A stretch of DNA of 27,726 nucleotides from Bdellovibrionales bacterium (GTDB lineage Bacteria; Bdellovibrionota; Bdellovibrionia; Bdellovibrionales; JAMPXM01), in NCBI GenBank assembly GCA_043739185.1, contig JAYUEN010000508.1:1-27726 (forward strand). Direction: 5' to 3'. The notes under the pieces are model-generated. The model saw nothing but the letters and a program-made list of their open reading frames with translations. It made no database searches and had not been told where the DNA came from. The translations under genes and the position numbers were made by a program. How positions within the stretch are numbered: the first letter of the stretch is position 1; each line of letters opens with the position of its first letter. This document shows positions 27,174 through 27,726 of the stretch, piece by piece.

Positions 27174-27726
27174 CTTTTAAGACCTCCCATAATTCGAAAA
27201 CCTCTTGAAAGCTATTGTAGAGCGGAATGGGGGTGAAACGTATAATATCAGGTTCACGAAAATCACAGTGCACGCCCATTTTTACCAGCTTTTCATTCAA
27301 AGCGCGAGCTTCAGTTTTAACTTTGATGCACATCAAATTGCCGCGCTCAGATGCTTCACGAGGAGTTACGATTTCGCAAAAATTTAAATCCTCAATTAAG
27401 TGAGAAAGATAGGCGGTGAGCTTCGTGCCTTTTTCAGCAAGTGCCGGCATTGTGGCTTCGTCAAATAATTCTAGAGAGGCGCGAATGGCGGCTAGTTGAA
27501 AAATTGGTGGATTGCTGAGCTGCCAAGCTTCAACACCAGGAATAGGGTCGAAAGTTTTCTCCATCTTAAAACGTGTCTTTTTGTTTTGGCCCCACCAACC
27601 ATGAAGTCTTGGACCTTTAAAATCATAGGCATGTCTGGCGTGTACAAAACATCCGGCAAGTCCGCCAGGGCCTGAGTTGAGGTATTTATAAGAACACCAA
27701 ACGGCGAAGTCAGCACCTGAGTCATG
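27148..27726 (-). CDS. kynU: Kynureninase, 3' part (starts beyond the window)
   Basis: The frame is open from 27726: DFAVWCSYKYLNSGPG (PLP lysine), GWWG, RFKM, WQLSNPP, DFREPDIIRFTPIPLYNSF. Confidence 0.96.
   Translation of the reverse strand, partial: HDSGADFAVWCSYKYLNSGPGGLAGCFVHARHAYDFKGPRLHGWWGQNKKTRFKMEKTFDPIPGVEAWQLSNPPIFQLAAIRASLELFDEATMPALAEKGTKLTAYLSHLIEDLNFCEIVTPREASERGNLMCIKVKTEARALNEKLVKMGVHCDFREPDIIRFTPIPLYNSFQEVFELWEVLKDATTIKRP

Noticed and set aside
727..27387. Remaining short ORFs nested in or antisense to long genes (e.g. 727-1071, 2044-2376, 4752-4964, 18845-19246, 25652-26044)
   Set aside because: They overlap well-supported CDSs and show no recognisable motifs.
27492..27725. 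77-aa ORF suggesting a kynU frameshift
   Set aside because: The kynU frame is continuous from 27726 to 27148; this ORF is an alternative-frame shadow.

Overview
Bacterial chromosomal DNA, most likely Bdellovibrionota. This is inferred from an FQNC-type secreted lipoprotein, a TIGR02147/DUF4423-like regulator, a GGxxSxGG-leader metalloprotease and many orphan secreted proteins. The left part (1 to ~10.5 kb) is an accessory, partly decaying region built around a tRNA-Val(TAC) integration hotspot. It holds a 5'-truncated tRNA-Val (3892-3952), a second 28-bp copy of its 3' end (4121-4148) joined through a compact three-hairpin element, and a third degenerate look-alike (8376-8402). An ORF with HTH and recombinase DNA-binding features but no catalytic domain reads out from that third site. 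Cargo includes an XRE regulator, a membrane-anchored HNH nuclease, an RHH-kinase-Rcp1-like operon, an Ig/Kelch lipoprotein, a secreted gene split at a G6 run, a GT-C glycosyltransferase and an SGNH remnant. The middle part carries a PAS kinase, a RoxA/MauG-like diheme cytochrome c and a TIGR02147-like regulator heading a coupled secreted-protein/metalloprotease operon. The right part carries DUF167, an M28 peptidase and a kynurenine-pathway cluster (kynA convergent with kynU-kmo-SDR), separated by a 162-bp MITE-like element with a TTA duplication. All calls come from motif reading by eye; no searches were run.
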